The position numbers were made by a program, and so were the translations under genes. DNA of 57,618 nucleotides, filler included, from Sphacelaria rigidula (lineage: Eukaryota), in the NCBI GenBank assembly GCA_964200075.2. It is 6 parts of 6 records of this genome, joined end to end, with 100 filler letters (N's around TTAATTAATTAA, not from the genome) between each part and the next. Parts side by side here need not be neighbours in the genome. Positions count along the whole stretch, not along the records: positions 28,862 to 38,380 come from CAXNAA020008306.1; positions 38,481 to 47,999 come from CAXNAA020008307.1; 4 more parts are not named here. One strand, given 5' to 3'. Shown one piece after another: positions 34,301-47,435 of the stretch (positions are counted from its first letter, which is position 1; every line of letters starts with the position of its first letter). The notes below the pieces were generated by a model. That model was not told where the DNA came from. It did not search any database and was given only the letters and a program-made list of their open reading frames with translations.

Positions 34301-36592
34301 CTAGTCACTACTAAACTAGTCAACTTGACAACTTTTGCAAACCTGTCAACTTATCAACTCTACGGCTTACCAGCTCTTATCAACTCTCATCAACTCATCA
34401 ACTCATCAACTCATCAACTTCTGTTCGTATCATTTGTACAGTAGTGAAACCAATAAACTATTTAGGGTACTTTTCATGTAATGTAAACAAAAAAACCCGT
34501 TATAGAAAAAGCCGCTTTTCAACAGCACGTTGTCAACATAATTTTTATACGTTGCCCTTCTTACGTGACTGGCGCTGTCAAATTTGGGAAAGCAGTGTTG
34601 ATCGTTCTCTAATAGGCGTGTGTGCATAATTTCAAATTCTGGGGCGCGCGAGAGAGACACAACACTCTGCTGTCGTATCGTTGTGTACGGTCCGCACTCT
34701 CTCTGTGTTACTGTAATATATTGACCGAGCAATACAGGGTGGGCTGCGTAACGCAAGACGAGCAAAAAAAACACCACCTTGCTGTACCAAGTGACTGTAG
34801 AGCTGACGCTTGGTCTTTCCCGCTACATCGTAGTACTCCATTGTACGGGCAGCACGGACAACAGTACAGACAACAGTGCTGCATTGTATGCATTGGCTGT
34901 AGTACTACAACAATAGCATCATTAATAGTCTTGTGTGTACTTTCAGTACGGTACTGTATCTACAAGGCTTGAGAGCGTAGGTAGTCTGTACTGCATAGCG
35001 ACGTCTGTTCGCAACACGCTGCACGCACAGACCTGAACTGAGCTGCAATTTCGCTGCAATTTCGCTGCACAGTAGTGCTCCATTGTAGGGACAGCACAGA
35101 CAACAGTAAAGTACTATATTATATATGCATTGGATATACTGCCGAAGTAGCACGATCTATCTGCTAGTCTTGTGTGTACTGGCAGTCCGGTCCTGTCTCT
35201 ACAAGGCTTGGGTGCGTGGGCAGTCTGTACAGCATCGCGACGGCTGTTCGCAACACGCCCTGCACAGACCTGAACTGAGCTACAATATTGTACGGGCTAC
35301 ATAAGGAGTGTCCCGCCGGTACATCACTCGTCATTGACCCCGCCCTGTGTTGTTCTCCTGGGGTAAAGGGCCACCACGCTACTGGCGAGCGAAGGGCAAT
35401 TATGCAACACGCTGAATGCCCGCGAGCACCAAGTAGTAGTAGTGATGGCAGCCAAGCCATCACAGGTGCTGTCGTGGGCTGTAGGGTGTGTTCAAACGCT
35501 TTTTCAACAACATTTTTCGATAGCCCAAGTATATCAGAAAATCGCCAAGCCATCACATGTCGCCGCGCCCCGGTGGTGTAATGGTCGAATTTTGCCATTA
35601 GGGTGAAGAGAACGGCGTCCGATTCCTGATGCAGTGGGTTTTTTCTTCGTTATGTATAATATCCACTGTGGAAAGCGTGAGAACGTGAGTAAACAAAATA
35701 GCCGACTGGGTTTGTGTGACGTGAGTTGACGCGGTGCGGGAATGCTGACCCAGTCCGCGAGACCAAAATGAAAGGCACGTACCGGGGGAGAGACGGTCGA
35801 TTGCTTGAGAGCACGGACTCATCCCGGGGAAGGGCAGTGGTTCAAAGTGTGATGAAAAAATTAAAAAAAAGGCACAGGAGCTGTCGTGGACATGCTCGGA
35901 CTGTCGGAAAATGTGTATCAGAAATTTTCTCATCGTAAAAACACGTTTTCTGATCACGTAAAACGTGGGTTTTTGGCCTGTTGTCGGAAGACGCGCTTTT
36001 TTACACTGTTTTCTCTCATACGTAAAAAGTAGCCTTTATAGTCAACTTTTCACACAATCAACTAATATAATCAGTCGATTGATGCTCAAAGATCAATCAA
36101 ATGAACTCACCAACCACACTGCCCCCCCCTCCGTCGCACGAAACTACTGCAAACATCCGCAGATGATGCCTAGCCCCACTATAATGGGACCACATGGCCC
36201 TTTCGTGCGACCCATGGGACTACCCACCGCTCCTACAGTCTTCGGCCCGGGCGGTCCCATGATGGGACCTGGTGGCCCGCCTGTCATGGGACCGCCTGGT
36301 CCTATGATGGGACCGGGCGGACCGATGATGGGACCGGGCGGGCCGATGATGGGACCGGGCGGGCCGATGGGGGGACCGGGCGGGCCGATGATGGGCGGGC
36401 CAAACGGGCAGATGATGGGCGGGCCAAACGGGCAGATGATGGGTGGGCCAAACGGGCAAATGATGGGCGGGCCAAACGGGCCTATGGGACCTATGGGACC
36501 TAATGGTCCGATGAATCAGAACTATAACCAGTACGGACAGGGCAACAACAAGAATGTCAACCCCCTCGTAGCCGGTGGGGCCATGCTTGCAA
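31326..36592 (+). CDS. Two internal exons of a Gly/Pro/Met-rich low-complexity protein (partial gene)
   Basis: Exon 31326-31620 (aacag|G...CAG|gtgagt) encodes YNPLTSEWTYDPVVAG...GGMGSMGSMGG...PPFVASQ. Exon 36163-36592 (ccgcag|ATG...GCAA|gtgagt) encodes MMPSPTIMGP...(GPGGPMM)n(GGPNGQMM)n...NPLVAGGAMLA. The phase-0 intron 31621-36162 joins them in frame, and repeat units vary at synonymous positions. Confidence 0.85.
32287..32494. mobile_element. 208-bp MITE with GAGGTATCTCAAACTC TIRs and apparent TACTA duplication
   Basis: Left end gaggtatctcaaactcgactcccgttatcctggttt; right end aaaccaggataccgggagccgagtttgagatacctc. Inner arms are also inverted. TACTA lies at 32282-32286 and 32495-32499. Confidence 0.88.
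33340..33725. repeat. Imperfect foldback/inverted repeat
   Basis: 33421-33468 (..ttggaaccgtaaatgaaaaagtgacgagttaca..) pairs with 33627-33672 (..tgcaattcgtcactctttcatcaacggttccaa..). Weaker outer arms are ggtcccaaaaaca and tgtcctgggacc. Confidence 0.6.
34821..35290. repeat. Diverged ~240-bp tandem duplication (intronic)
   Basis: Both units contain ctccattgta...tagtcttgtgtgtact...ctacaaggcttg...ctgttcgcaacacgc...gcacagacctgaactgagct. Confidence 0.85.
35562..35870 (+). mobile_element. tRNA-derived SINE, full length (~300 bp), intronic
   Basis: A-box TGGTGTAATGG, degenerate B-box, conserved core and A-rich tail. Colinear with 52220-52519 (-). Confidence 0.88.
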
Positions 36593-38380
36593 GTGAGTGC
36601 CGCTTGGGTAGGACGGATGGGCGCAGGGGGGGTGGGGAGTTGATTGATCATTAGATTGGTTGAGTTGGTTTTTGTTCTGTTGGTCAAGTGATCGGTTGCA
36701 CGGTGACATATACATTGATTTATTTATCGCTTGATTGGTTGCCTGATCAGTTGACCGATTGATTGGTTGGCTGATTGATACAGTCGCATAGTAGCAAGAT
36801 CCGAGGAATGCAGCCGTGCTTACACAGAAAGTAGAAAGAACATACCCAACACGAACTCAACTAAAACACTCCCTCCAAAAGAAGAAAATCTCGAGCAGTA
36901 AATTGAACACTATTGAAGAAAAATAGACAAGAAGATGAACGGAATAACGATTGAAGGAAAACGGAGAATTGTAAGGTGGAAAAAGTACGAGAAACAAATA
37001 ACAGGAAAAAACAAAAGGAATGGCAAAAAACCGGAGATGAATGTCGAGATAGATCTGTAATAGTTTCGGTCCTGACAAAAAATGATGGATGATAGATAAT
37101 TAACCGCTGGCCTCGCTGCGTGGCTTGAGATAAGAGGGCTGGCCGCAGGAGGGGGAGGGCGGGGGCGGTGCCAAACATCTTTGAATTCGGAATACGAAGG
37201 TCTAGTGACTCCGGTCTATGTAGTGAGTGTACTGGTATACGAATGACTTTTTGAAAGCCGAATCTGAGCCAGTACAGTTAGTCACTTGGACTGAGTATAC
37301 TCGGTATATTTGATCGCTTAGCCTACAATTTTGTGTCTTTGAATCCTGTAGTACTATGACGCAATATATAGCCGAAATGACTTGACTTTTAGAGGACTAA
37401 CAATAAAAATGACCGTCAGACTTCTTTGTATTTAGGAACGGGAGTGTTATCTCACGTACTCGTTTGCAAAACTCTACACACGTCGGATAGATAGCTCATG
37501 AGCTACCTGAGTTCTACTTCTTATTAGTGTAATGATCCCGACCATCAGCTACTATATGGGCTCATATGACACATTTTCCCCCCCTATTTTTGCCCCCTAA
37601 AGCGCTGGGTATCGACCACCCGGAGTAACGCGAAAGTTTTGCTATGGCTTCTCTGACCCCGCGGTCACGTATTATGTTTTCGTTTACATAGGATCTGAGA
37701 GTCTCCTTCGATTTATTGTTTCGGGTAGTCCATGAGCTGTCCAACGCGTGCCATCTTTCCCTGTTAGAGCCCGCTTAATGAAGGGTCTACACGTTACACC
37801 CGTTACGTGTCGCGTCGTGTCACCTTTCACGTCAAAAGTTGAGCCAGGCTAGAACTACGGTGAGGGACGAGGACCACGTGGGGAGAAACCCTGTAAAAAT
37901 TATTAATTTTATTTCCGCGCATTAGTCCCATCTCTCGAACCCGTGGTCATAGACGTTGGCTCGTCTTTCCAATACCGCCCCTGCTATTCCTTACAAGACA
38001 TGGAGTCCTCCTCCGTCATTTCTTTTTGAGACCCCAGCCTAGTTACGTGAACGAACGCAATCGCCTCAAAAGTTACCAAAATGAAAGTAAGAGGAGAGAT
38101 GCCGAGAAAAATAACATGAGGAGTAGCTTCCCCGAGGTCATCGGGGTGAAAAAACAAACAAAAAAAATTCAGATCTGTTGCGAAAAGCACGCCGACAGAA
38201 GAGGGAAATAAAAGAGAAGACAAGAAAAAAAAAGACAGAAAATGACAAGGATTCGCAAGGCCACCTGGCGGGGGCACCTCAAAAAACAACTCGAGGCACA
38301 GTCACCACCACAAACAGTGTTTTCGTGAGGTTGAGAGTAGATGATCCGATTGAGAGTGGCTTTGATCATTCGCTTTAAGT

Positions 38381-38480
38381 NNNNNNNNNNNNNNNNNNNN
38401 NNNNNNNNNNNNNNNNNNNNNNNNTTAATTAATTAANNNNNNNNNNNNNNNNNNNNNNNNNNNNNNNNNNNNNNNNNNNN
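38381..38480. other. Artificial contig linker
   Basis: 44 N + TTAATTAATTAA + 44 N. Confidence 0.98.
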
Positions 38481-40333
38481 CAACGACGATCTGACTCGAA
38501 ATTTCGAGCAACAAATGGCCCGAAATTCCCCCCCCCTATCGTAGGATGACTCTATACGCGTTTGCAGAGGGCACACAAGATTTTCAGTCCGCACCCAATG
38601 GCGAAAACCTATGCCTGACGGGAGAACATGATGTCCACATCACATTGTCGAAGGTGTGCACCAAATTGTTGCAAGATAGCACATAGTCTGTGCACTACAA
38701 GATCTCCGGATATACAGGGATAAGCTCAGAGAAGCGCCGTGTTCAGCTCACATAGTGTTCTTGCGGTGCTCCCTGCCCGTTGTAAGGTCATGTGCGGATT
38801 GACAACGCCAGCCATACCCCACACAACCGTGAACTCCAACCCGAGGCGTATCCGGAAGGGCTACCTTCACAAAAACACAATATATTGCCCACCGAAAATA
38901 TTACCGATTCTACGATAGGGGAGGGAAGTTCTATTCCGGGTGACAAGAGGTCTCGTGAGTGAGCTATGCAAAGTCACAAACTCGTTATGAGTTGTGTATA
39001 TGCGTGAAACAACAGTCCAGCGGTCTGACCATACGTGGCAAATGGAATTCTCCGCGTGCAGCAAAGCTCTAAAGAGATTCCTCCATGCCAAAATTGGCTC
39101 GATCCCCTCACCCGCCCCCCCGTTCCAGTCGTAAGATCATTCATTGCGAACTGCGGGATGGAGGGAGGGCGGGCGAGGTACCGTCGGTCTACTCTGGATG
39201 GAACCTCGCGTCACTCAGCTTGTTCTACAGTACAATGGCAAGCTCGCGTGTATCACGATTTGAAGAAAGGTCGACTCCATATCGCCATTGGCTACTAGAG
39301 CACGCGCCAATCAACTGCATCACCCCGAAAACATCGCGGAGGTGGAGAACCGGATCGCACGGATTGACAAGAGCAACTGCGCTACACGGTTAGGAAGGAA
39401 ATTGCGCCGGCAAGTGCTGCTTTTGCTCTGCTCCAACGTGGTTACGCTTGTACGGACCCTTAGCCGTGTCCTATCTGAATTTTCTTTTCTTGTTGCACTC
39501 TTTAGCATTTTTTAGTTACCCCACTTTTGTTTTTCAATGAGTACTTGGTCCATGCGGCCGAACGACCGTTGAGAACTCTGTCGACCCGAATATGGCCGCA
39601 TTTCGCCCCTTCTCCGGGAAATTGCTTTTAATTGATAAAGTTAAAAAAATTCCGACACTCTTGGTTTCGCCATGCTTCTTGTACAGAGGTAAGCTTCTTC
39701 TCGTCCCAAACCCCTCCTGCCACGTTATCATTTCTGCCCAACACGAAAAGGCAAGGAAAAAAATCGAATTTGGCTAAAACCGAAGTCGAAGTGGCCAACA
39801 CTGGGCCAATTTGAACCCGGAATTGTGTGTACAATTCATTTTCATCTCCGTAAAATTTTCATCTTCTCACCACTTCTAACTATGTCATCGTGAGCACCTC
39901 CATTCGGGGGATACGGCTGCACCCCGTAGCCACTCAGACTCATGGGACAGAGGAAGGATGTGTGTAGATTGTTTACCGGTCCCACACTCACTAGTTTCGC
40001 GTTTTCGTTAGTTCACTATGCCTCTTGTCTTCCTTGCTCTCCTTTCTTTGTACGCTTAAGCGTGTCTCTTCGGAAAGTCTTCCCGTTCTTTCATATTAAT
40101 TGCATCCATCTTGAGTGTTGCGACCACGGTTGGACTCGCAACTGACCCGTGAACCCTTCCATCGCAAGGGTAGATCACCTGCTGAATCGGCATCAATATT
40201 CACTTGAGAAAGGTATGGTTCATCCAGATGGACTGCCCGCATCGCAGTCTAAGGGTTAAAAGCCATATCATCGATCAATCAATCAATCAATCAAGCAAGC
40301 AAGCAATTTTCAAACAATGAATACGGTACTCAC

Positions 40334-41540
40334 GTTTCAAAGTGCCGATGGTTGATGGTGGATATCAGTATGTCTTTCGCCGCCCGCTTGAGGTAGATCA
40401 CGCGAAAATCAATGCCTGAGAAGCCATCCAGCACGACAAAGCTTTGTACATCAGTGACAGCGAACGTATGATCGCAAAAGGTACTTTTCATCGATAGCGC
40501 TGAACAGGTGGGTCATGCACATCGTGGAGGCAGATAGACAATCTTTTCCACGGTTACTACACAACTTTCGTTTCTCGTCGTCACTTAACAGAAAACTCAA
40601 AGGCATTTCCGAGACAGTAAGCCTCGTGACATGAACGCATGCGTGACGCTTGCAAATGGCCAGGGTAGTTTAGCAGCTTAGTAGCTCTAGTTTAGTATCT
40701 TGAATAATGTTACAACCGCGCTCATCTCGTTTATCCAGACAAACCTCCGCCATCCTCTGCTCGGCGGGGTTAGATGTAGGCTGCGGATAGTCAAGCGGCC
40801 TCGTGAGAGTCAACAACTTGACGATCGTCTTGCACTGACCGCTGTACGCTGGGTAGCTACGGCCCAGGTTGCATCTCATCTGACTTTCGTTTTGGCGACA
40901 GGCTCGAAGGTACAGTATGGCGTACACCGGAAAATATCCTATTTTCGTAGGCACCGTGTTGTGGCGTTTCTCCTTGGGATTGTAAGGCGGAGATGGCATC
41001 TCAACACCCATGAAAATCCGAGACAGGCGAACGTGGTACTGCAGTACATGCTGTCAATAACACCATTATGCACAGGCGGTTTCTAAGTGCCCTCATACAT
41101 CACAGAGAGACGGGTAGTTGGACGCAGGTATTGATCGACGACGAATACCTGGATGATCTACGCGCTCCGGAAAACCGCGTGATTGTTGTCGTGCGCGTGG
41201 GGGTAATGTAGATATCTGAGATATGACGCACTCACCACGCACTTTGCAAACGGAATCGTTTTTCACGTGACATCTTCAGGTTTCATCGATGGGTATCTTA
41301 CATTTCAAAACCTTCCAAATATGTGAAGCTGAGACAGCGCCTGAAAAACCTTCTACATTTAGTGAACCCTGCAGAGCCGCCTGCTGTATCCGACGGCTAA
41401 ATCCTCGGCTATCGTTGCAAGTATTCACAGATCTCCTGCAGTATCCATTTTTTCCCGTAGATCTACAGTACTACCCTTGACGATTGAGGGATCTACGAAT
41501 ATTCACAGCAAAGCCCTCTTGATATTAATATTGATTGATG

Positions 41541-41607
<67 letters not shown>

Positions 41608-44600
41608 AGATTGGTTGAGTGTCACACGTTAACTCGCTCATGGTATGGGGAATAAACTAAACGTGTTCACAACATGGACGTACCGAACGAAGGCGAGCTG
41701 AACGAAAACCCTCGCTGAATGAAAAAAACTCGAAAGAAGGGAAGGGCAGTAAAAACGATGGGGAGACAGTAAAAGGTAGAAGAGAACGAAACGAAGGAAC
41801 GAGAAGAAAAAACAAACCGGTGGCGATGAAAACAGAAAGGATTAGTAAAAGCAGTAAATGATCGGCGTCTCTCGCATGGCTCCAAGTAGGGAGACCATGC
41901 AAAGAAAAAGAAAAAGGCACACGCAAACGAAGAAGGCCGCGGAGGTGGGTTGCGACTCAGCTATTTTGGAACAGCGCTATTTAGGCACGATTTCTCACCC
42001 ACGAGCTACGGTAAAAACTAAAATAAACCAAACCGAACAAAAACGGAACAGAACGGAACCGAGAAGCGAAACGATAGGGAGGGAAGAACAAAGAGAGAGA
42101 GGCTGTGGGGAGGCCCACTTGTTGCTTGTCTCAGTCAACGTGACCGCTAACCTCCCATCCCTTTCGAGACAGAGCAAGAGAGAGGGGCGGTGGGGAGGGG
42201 GAGGGACGCAAAAAAAAGAGCGGAGAATACGACAGTACAAAGGAAGGAAAAGAAACCAGTGGAACCCGAGGAGAAAGCAAAATATGCGAGACACAACTAC
42301 TGAATAGAGACCACTGTTAAGGTTGAAAGCAGCCAAGGAGAGCACAGGCCAAGATATTAATTTCTGAATTGCAACAATTTTCGAAAGTAAATGCATAGAG
42401 CCCAAAGGGCACTCTTCCTACCCTTCGCGGTTGTGATCTCCAAAACCGTTCCGAGAGCTTTTCGATTGCTCTTTCGGAGTCATTGTATGTGTTCAAGTAT
42501 AATCACCTTCATCTTCCGCAATTTCCGCAATCAGTCGGAGATCTGCGTACTGCAATGTCTTGCGCAAGTCATTGTCGCCACCCGTGGGGTACGAAGGAAT
42601 ATTGATATCGACGATTGTCCCCTGCTCGTCGAAACCCTCCTCGTTCGCCGCTAGATCCTGATATGTGCGTCGCGTAACGATAGCTGGATGAGGGATTCAA
42701 GGGTACGTGTTTGGGTCTACCAGATTCTGAATCACAGATGACGCTCTAATACCATCCTTGGTATAGCGTGCGACATGATGTGGCGTGGGACGCGGGAGGT
42801 TTGTGGCACCGTAGTATCAACGGCATAGCTGTTTTTTTATTCGACTGCAGGAGTCACAATGGGGGAGACAGAGAAATACTCACAGCTTGCATGATTCCGC
42901 TGCTAAATCGTTAACCGTGCGTTTTCGACGGGAGATCGTTCTCGAACATCCGAGCAATTTCCAACGACCGAGCACTTAAAGCTACCTCATCGAAAATACC
43001 GTAATAGAGTGGGATAGCAGAGTAGAAGTGGCCAGGGAGGTGAAGAGGTGGTCAGATGGAAATCTTGTAGAGATGCTTGCAGTAGGGTAAAATTCGAGAC
43101 GGTTAGTTTGGGTGATCGATATTCCAGGTACTTCAGAGTAGTCAGCATTTCCAGCGGTCGATGCTGTAGGTACGCTGCAATCGATTCATTTTATTTACTG
43201 TGTGTCGCACACTCCGTCATTTTCTAGGGACCCAGTCGCGGTCATTATCCACAATATGGACGTACCCAAGGTTATAAAAACACGGAAACGCTCGCTGAAG
43301 ACCAAACGAAAAGGTGCAACAAAACAAAACAAAAATCAACACACAAAAGGAGTGAACTGACAAAACAAAACCAGAACCAAAACAGATACTCAGTACTTTT
43401 GCCAATCGAGTATTTCAGGTACTGCAAAATGCCTTGTGCTTTGGAGGGATCAGTACTCCACGTACTCTTGAAAAACCGGTACATTCGGCAGTTGAGTACT
43501 CGGGGTGCTGTATTAATATACCCAATGTTTTCGAAACGTCAGTGCTCCACGTAATTTGGAATAAATACATCCGGAATACGGATACTCCGTGTGCCGTGGA
43601 ATGCTTAGTACTCACAGGGAGTCAGTACTCTAGGTACTCTGCAGTACTAAGTATTTTCAACTGTCTAGAAATCCAGGTACTTTGCCATACTCGGCATTTT
43701 TGGAAGGCGAGTACTTGAGGGCATCTTGAAATACTTTGTATTTCTGATAGTCTAGAACCCGATATACCTCGGAACATTCAATACTTCCAAGGAGCTCGAA
43801 CTCCGAGTGGAATACTCATTGTCTTCGGTACTCGATACTCCAGGTGACACTTTCTACGATAGCCCCCCCCCAAAAAACCAGCCCAAAAGTGTCACGAAAA
43901 AAACGGTCATACAGCACCTAGTGTTTGGGTTCAGGCTGCATAAAGCGCCTCATATGGGCGACATTGGCGAGAACGAACCCAAGCGTGGGAATTCCCAGCT
44001 GCTCGGTGTGCTCAGCTTTTTTTCATATCGATTTGCGTGAACATTTTGCCTCCCCAAATCAGGCACTTTTTTCGGGGGGGGGGGGGCTATCGTAGAAAGT
44101 GTCAGGTTATCTGGAGCACGGATATCTGAAAATACTTTAGAAATCCAGGGCACGTGAAGGAGCGTACTATACCCTCAAGACCTTGGAAACATTCACGCGA
44201 GGGCCATGCGGCGTTACCGTTGCCTCTAAATTTTGGAAAAATTGTTCTGTAGGGCAGCTAGCATACATGATTGGGCAACGCTCTTGCTTTAGTTTTGGAA
44301 AGCCGAACCTGACTTTTTCACGTGATATTACCGGGCGGTACAACAAGGCGGGTGGGGGTCCGAGTGGACAACATTACTGAGCCTCAAGCAAGCCTCGTTA
44401 TCGTAGAAAGTGTACAGTGCCCCCCCCCACCACCACCATCGTCGACGATACTATATTTCGTGCGAGCCGAATCACAAGCGGGTCTAGTCAACACAGCCTA
44501 GAGCATCCCAGCAGCGTGACTTTTCTCGAGTACAGCGCAACACACCAACTCCCGCCAGTGCACCGCGTTTCGTACTTCTCAATCTAACGTACTTCGTAGA

Positions 44601-44948
44601 TGCTGAATAGATTGGCGACCTCTTATCTAAGCTCCGAACTATGAAAAATATGCTCGCCTTCATTTGATTTCGGAGTGAAGCACGAGCCGATGTAGTCATC
44701 GACACGTCGAGCATGGTAGCGAAGTGCATGCCCCTGACACTGACGAATAACCCGTCTTCGTCCCGAAACATCCCTGCGAGTGCGCCTTGGATGAAGTGAT
44801 GTCCAGAGCCTTCACACCCGACCAATCCTATCAGCCGTATCTTTTTACCAAAAACGGTTTTAGACACGAAGCTTTGATTCTTGCTCCTGCTGTCTGATGT
44901 TCCCGAAATGTTGTGTCGTGGAGCTTCCATCGCCTCAAGACTTACAGC
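40334..44948 (-). CDS. Three internal exons of a P-loop/sulfotransferase-like protein (partial gene)
   Basis: Exon 44948-44658 (tcacag|...KIRLIGLVGCEGSGHHFIQGAL...RNQMK|gcgagc); exon 42657-42507 (atcag|DLAANEEGFDEQGTIVDINIPSYPTGGDNDLRKTLQYADLRLIAEIAEDE|gtgatt); exon 40415-40334 (tctcag|GIDFRVIYLKRAAKDILISTINHRHFET|gtgagt). Intron phases 0 and 1 join them in frame. The beta-strand+GxEGSGHH and 'RVIYLKR...D...S' motifs resemble the 5'-PSB and 3'-PB motifs of sulfotransferases (inference). Confidence 0.78.
41531..41607. repeat. (GATT)n microsatellite
   Basis: Nearly perfect GATT run. Confidence 0.97.
43385..44190. repeat. Old GTACTC/GAGTAC-rich repeat interrupted by a MITE
   Basis: Dense agtact/gtactc/atact motifs on both sides of 43847-44102. 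A similar texture occurs at ~29580-29700 and ~43120-43175. Confidence 0.6.
43847..44102 (+). mobile_element. MITE with ACACTTTCTACGATAGCCCCCCC TIRs
   Basis: Perfect TIRs acactttctacgatagcccccccc and ggggggggctatcgtagaaagtgt. Copies lie at 12968-13225 and 57460-57618. Confidence 0.93.
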
Positions 44949-47300
44949 CTGTGAAAGATATATATGGTTTGACGTACGTGCAACATGCAGCAAAGAGAGA
45001 GATGAAATATCGTGTGACACGAGTGTTTTTTATTCGGCAACAGCAGAGACAGACAGAGACAGGTGCAGACAGAGACAGGTACAGACAGAGACAGGAAAAG
45101 ACAGACAGACAAAGAGAGCCTTGGTATGTTATCTACAGCTCAGACATGGTTTGTCCAACCATCAACCAGCTGAATGGTTACGCGTAGCGCAATCATTAAT
45201 CAGTTAAATGGTGCATAACGGTTTGGTCATCGAGTGACGTAGTCGCGCCGCTCAGTTTTTACACGATTTGGCTTCACCATCGATGAACCCCCCCCCCGTC
45301 AAATTTGGGTTAAACAAGTCGGTGACGGTAAATAATGGTTTGAAACCATTATCCAATTTTTTCATTAAACTCTTACCATTACTACAATTAACATGTTAAT
45401 GGCTAGTGATGACTGGTACCATTTCCGAGCTCTAATGATCTCTTGATCGGGCATATGCACCAAGAGATGAAACGCAAGGTACGAGCGAAAGAGTGACACA
45501 CCAGTTGATTCGTGGGATGACGTGTGAACATGCGACTCTGCTTCTATCATAAACTGCGTGAGTGGCACCATTCCCTTCCCCTCCAACCTACCGTGTTCAG
45601 GGGGAAGCATGCCGCCGTTGCGAGTAAAAGCAGGCGCCAGCGAAATATGCAACGACCACCGAAGTTGGTGTGCAGCCTGCTGCATGACCTCTTGGCCACC
45701 ACCCGCGACGCATTCTCCGCCATGACCCCAACGCTTTGCTTTTTGGTCTGGAATACCTTTCCTGTGCACCTGAATTTCGAGTGGCAGGTCCAGTTGTAAG
45801 GATGTACGGCCAGAACGCTGGCGGGCGGAGACACGGAAGAAATAAGGCAAATGTAGTTCAGCGAAACAGGAAATTCGAGCGCAGATCTTGCGGTTGTTAT
45901 CGATTAGTATATGTAACCGATAAGACTCTACTCCGAAGGTGGGGTCCCATAAATCAAAAGAAGAGAAGAAGTTTCTCTGATATTATTGAGATTTTCGTAG
46001 TGTTTTCTCGAAGAAGAGTTCCAGTGAGTGCTGTATGCACCTAAATCTATGTGTGCAATTGCTGTCCAGTATCAGGCGACGCACCAGTTGGTGATAAAAC
46101 CTCGCCTCCCGCCTGTGGCAAAACAATAGAGAGTAGAACCCAATCGGTGGCAGAATGTGAGTTTTAAATCGAGGAACGGGACGTGCTAGAGGGAGATATG
46201 TGGGAAGTAAACGGAGGTGGCATGAAAAAGGTTGATGCACCAGACAGTAGCGAGAGAACGATGGCCATACTACGAGATAGATGATGGCCACAGAAGGCGA
46301 AACAGGACGGGGATAATATATGTAAACCATTTTCGTGTAATGTATGGAAGAAACATCGTGAGCTCCTAGATATGGGAGGCGTCTCTATTAGGAGTAGTGG
46401 CAGTGCTCTGTCTCGAGAAGGGGTGCGTGGTCAATGGTCAAATGACTAAGGCACGCAGCACATGACCACGCCCCCCCCCCGCGCGCGCGCCCCCCGCACC
46501 CTGCCAGGTCATCTACGAAAGTTTCACGGTTAGGGCTGAAGGCGTGTTGCAGTACCGTCGTTGCGACACACAAATAATGCACAGAGTGAGGTGTGAGGTT
46601 AGTGCGAGGCTGAAAGTCTTGAGACACAAGGACCTGATCGACGGGACGACGAGGAGTCAGAGTCAGCTACCATATCTCGGCTACGTCAGCATCAGCATTA
46701 GAGAGACTATTCTTCCAGGTTGGTTTCACAGAAACGAGGAGGAGGTCGCATCTCCAGGGGGGTAGCCTCGACCCGACTGTGACGATGCACCGCGCCATCT
46801 CCGCCCGTCTCCTTAATGACTATGCATTGCTCTGAGCGAGGGTTGTGTCTCAACGCGTGTCGGCGGTTTGCTACTACTGACGACGCGTGCTCTGCTCGGT
46901 AGTTTTTCGATATTTTGGTTTCGCTCGGCTACAGGGGCGGATGCTTGATGCAACGGCTGTGCTCTGGTATGATGCCCTGCTTTTGTTCGGGTTGGTCGAA
47001 ACGATTACTCATGAATGTCACGTCCTTCATCTGCTTCGCTTTTCTTGTTCGTCTGTATCGCTTTGTTGAACAGAGTACCCAACGCCACGGCAGTGCTCTA
47101 CCGTGTATCTTGATATATGTACACCCGGGTGCACCATCGACAATCGACATTCATTCGCACCCCGGGATAATGGCAAAAACGCATGAGGCTGATCAGCGCG
47201 GCATAAACACCCCGACTGTCGTGGTGACTTGGGTAACACTTTCAATCGGAGCAAGCACAATCAATGCCGAGTATAGTAGTACAGCAATATGATGCCGTAC

Positions 47301-47304
<4 letters not shown>

Positions 47305-47336
<32 letters not shown>
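47305..47336. repeat. (CT)n microsatellite
   Basis: Perfect CT run. Confidence 0.95.
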
Positions 47337-47340
<4 letters not shown>

Positions 47341-47435
47341 CACATCACTACTCGTCGCGCGGCCGGTGTCCTTTCGTTTGCGTGACTTCCCACAACCAGC
47401 TAGGAAGTGAAAAGTGCTCTGTGTGAGTGATGCTA

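Noticed and set aside
35965..36162. N-terminal part of ORF 35965-36654
   Set aside because: It lies upstream of a clear acceptor (ccgcag at 36162) and is intronic read-through. The same applies to the part after the donor at 36593.
45480..46010. Tc1/mariner transposase C-terminal remnant (DLLATTRDAFSAMTP)
   Set aside because: The resemblance is too short, and no SPDLNPIE-type motif or catalytic residues can be recovered.
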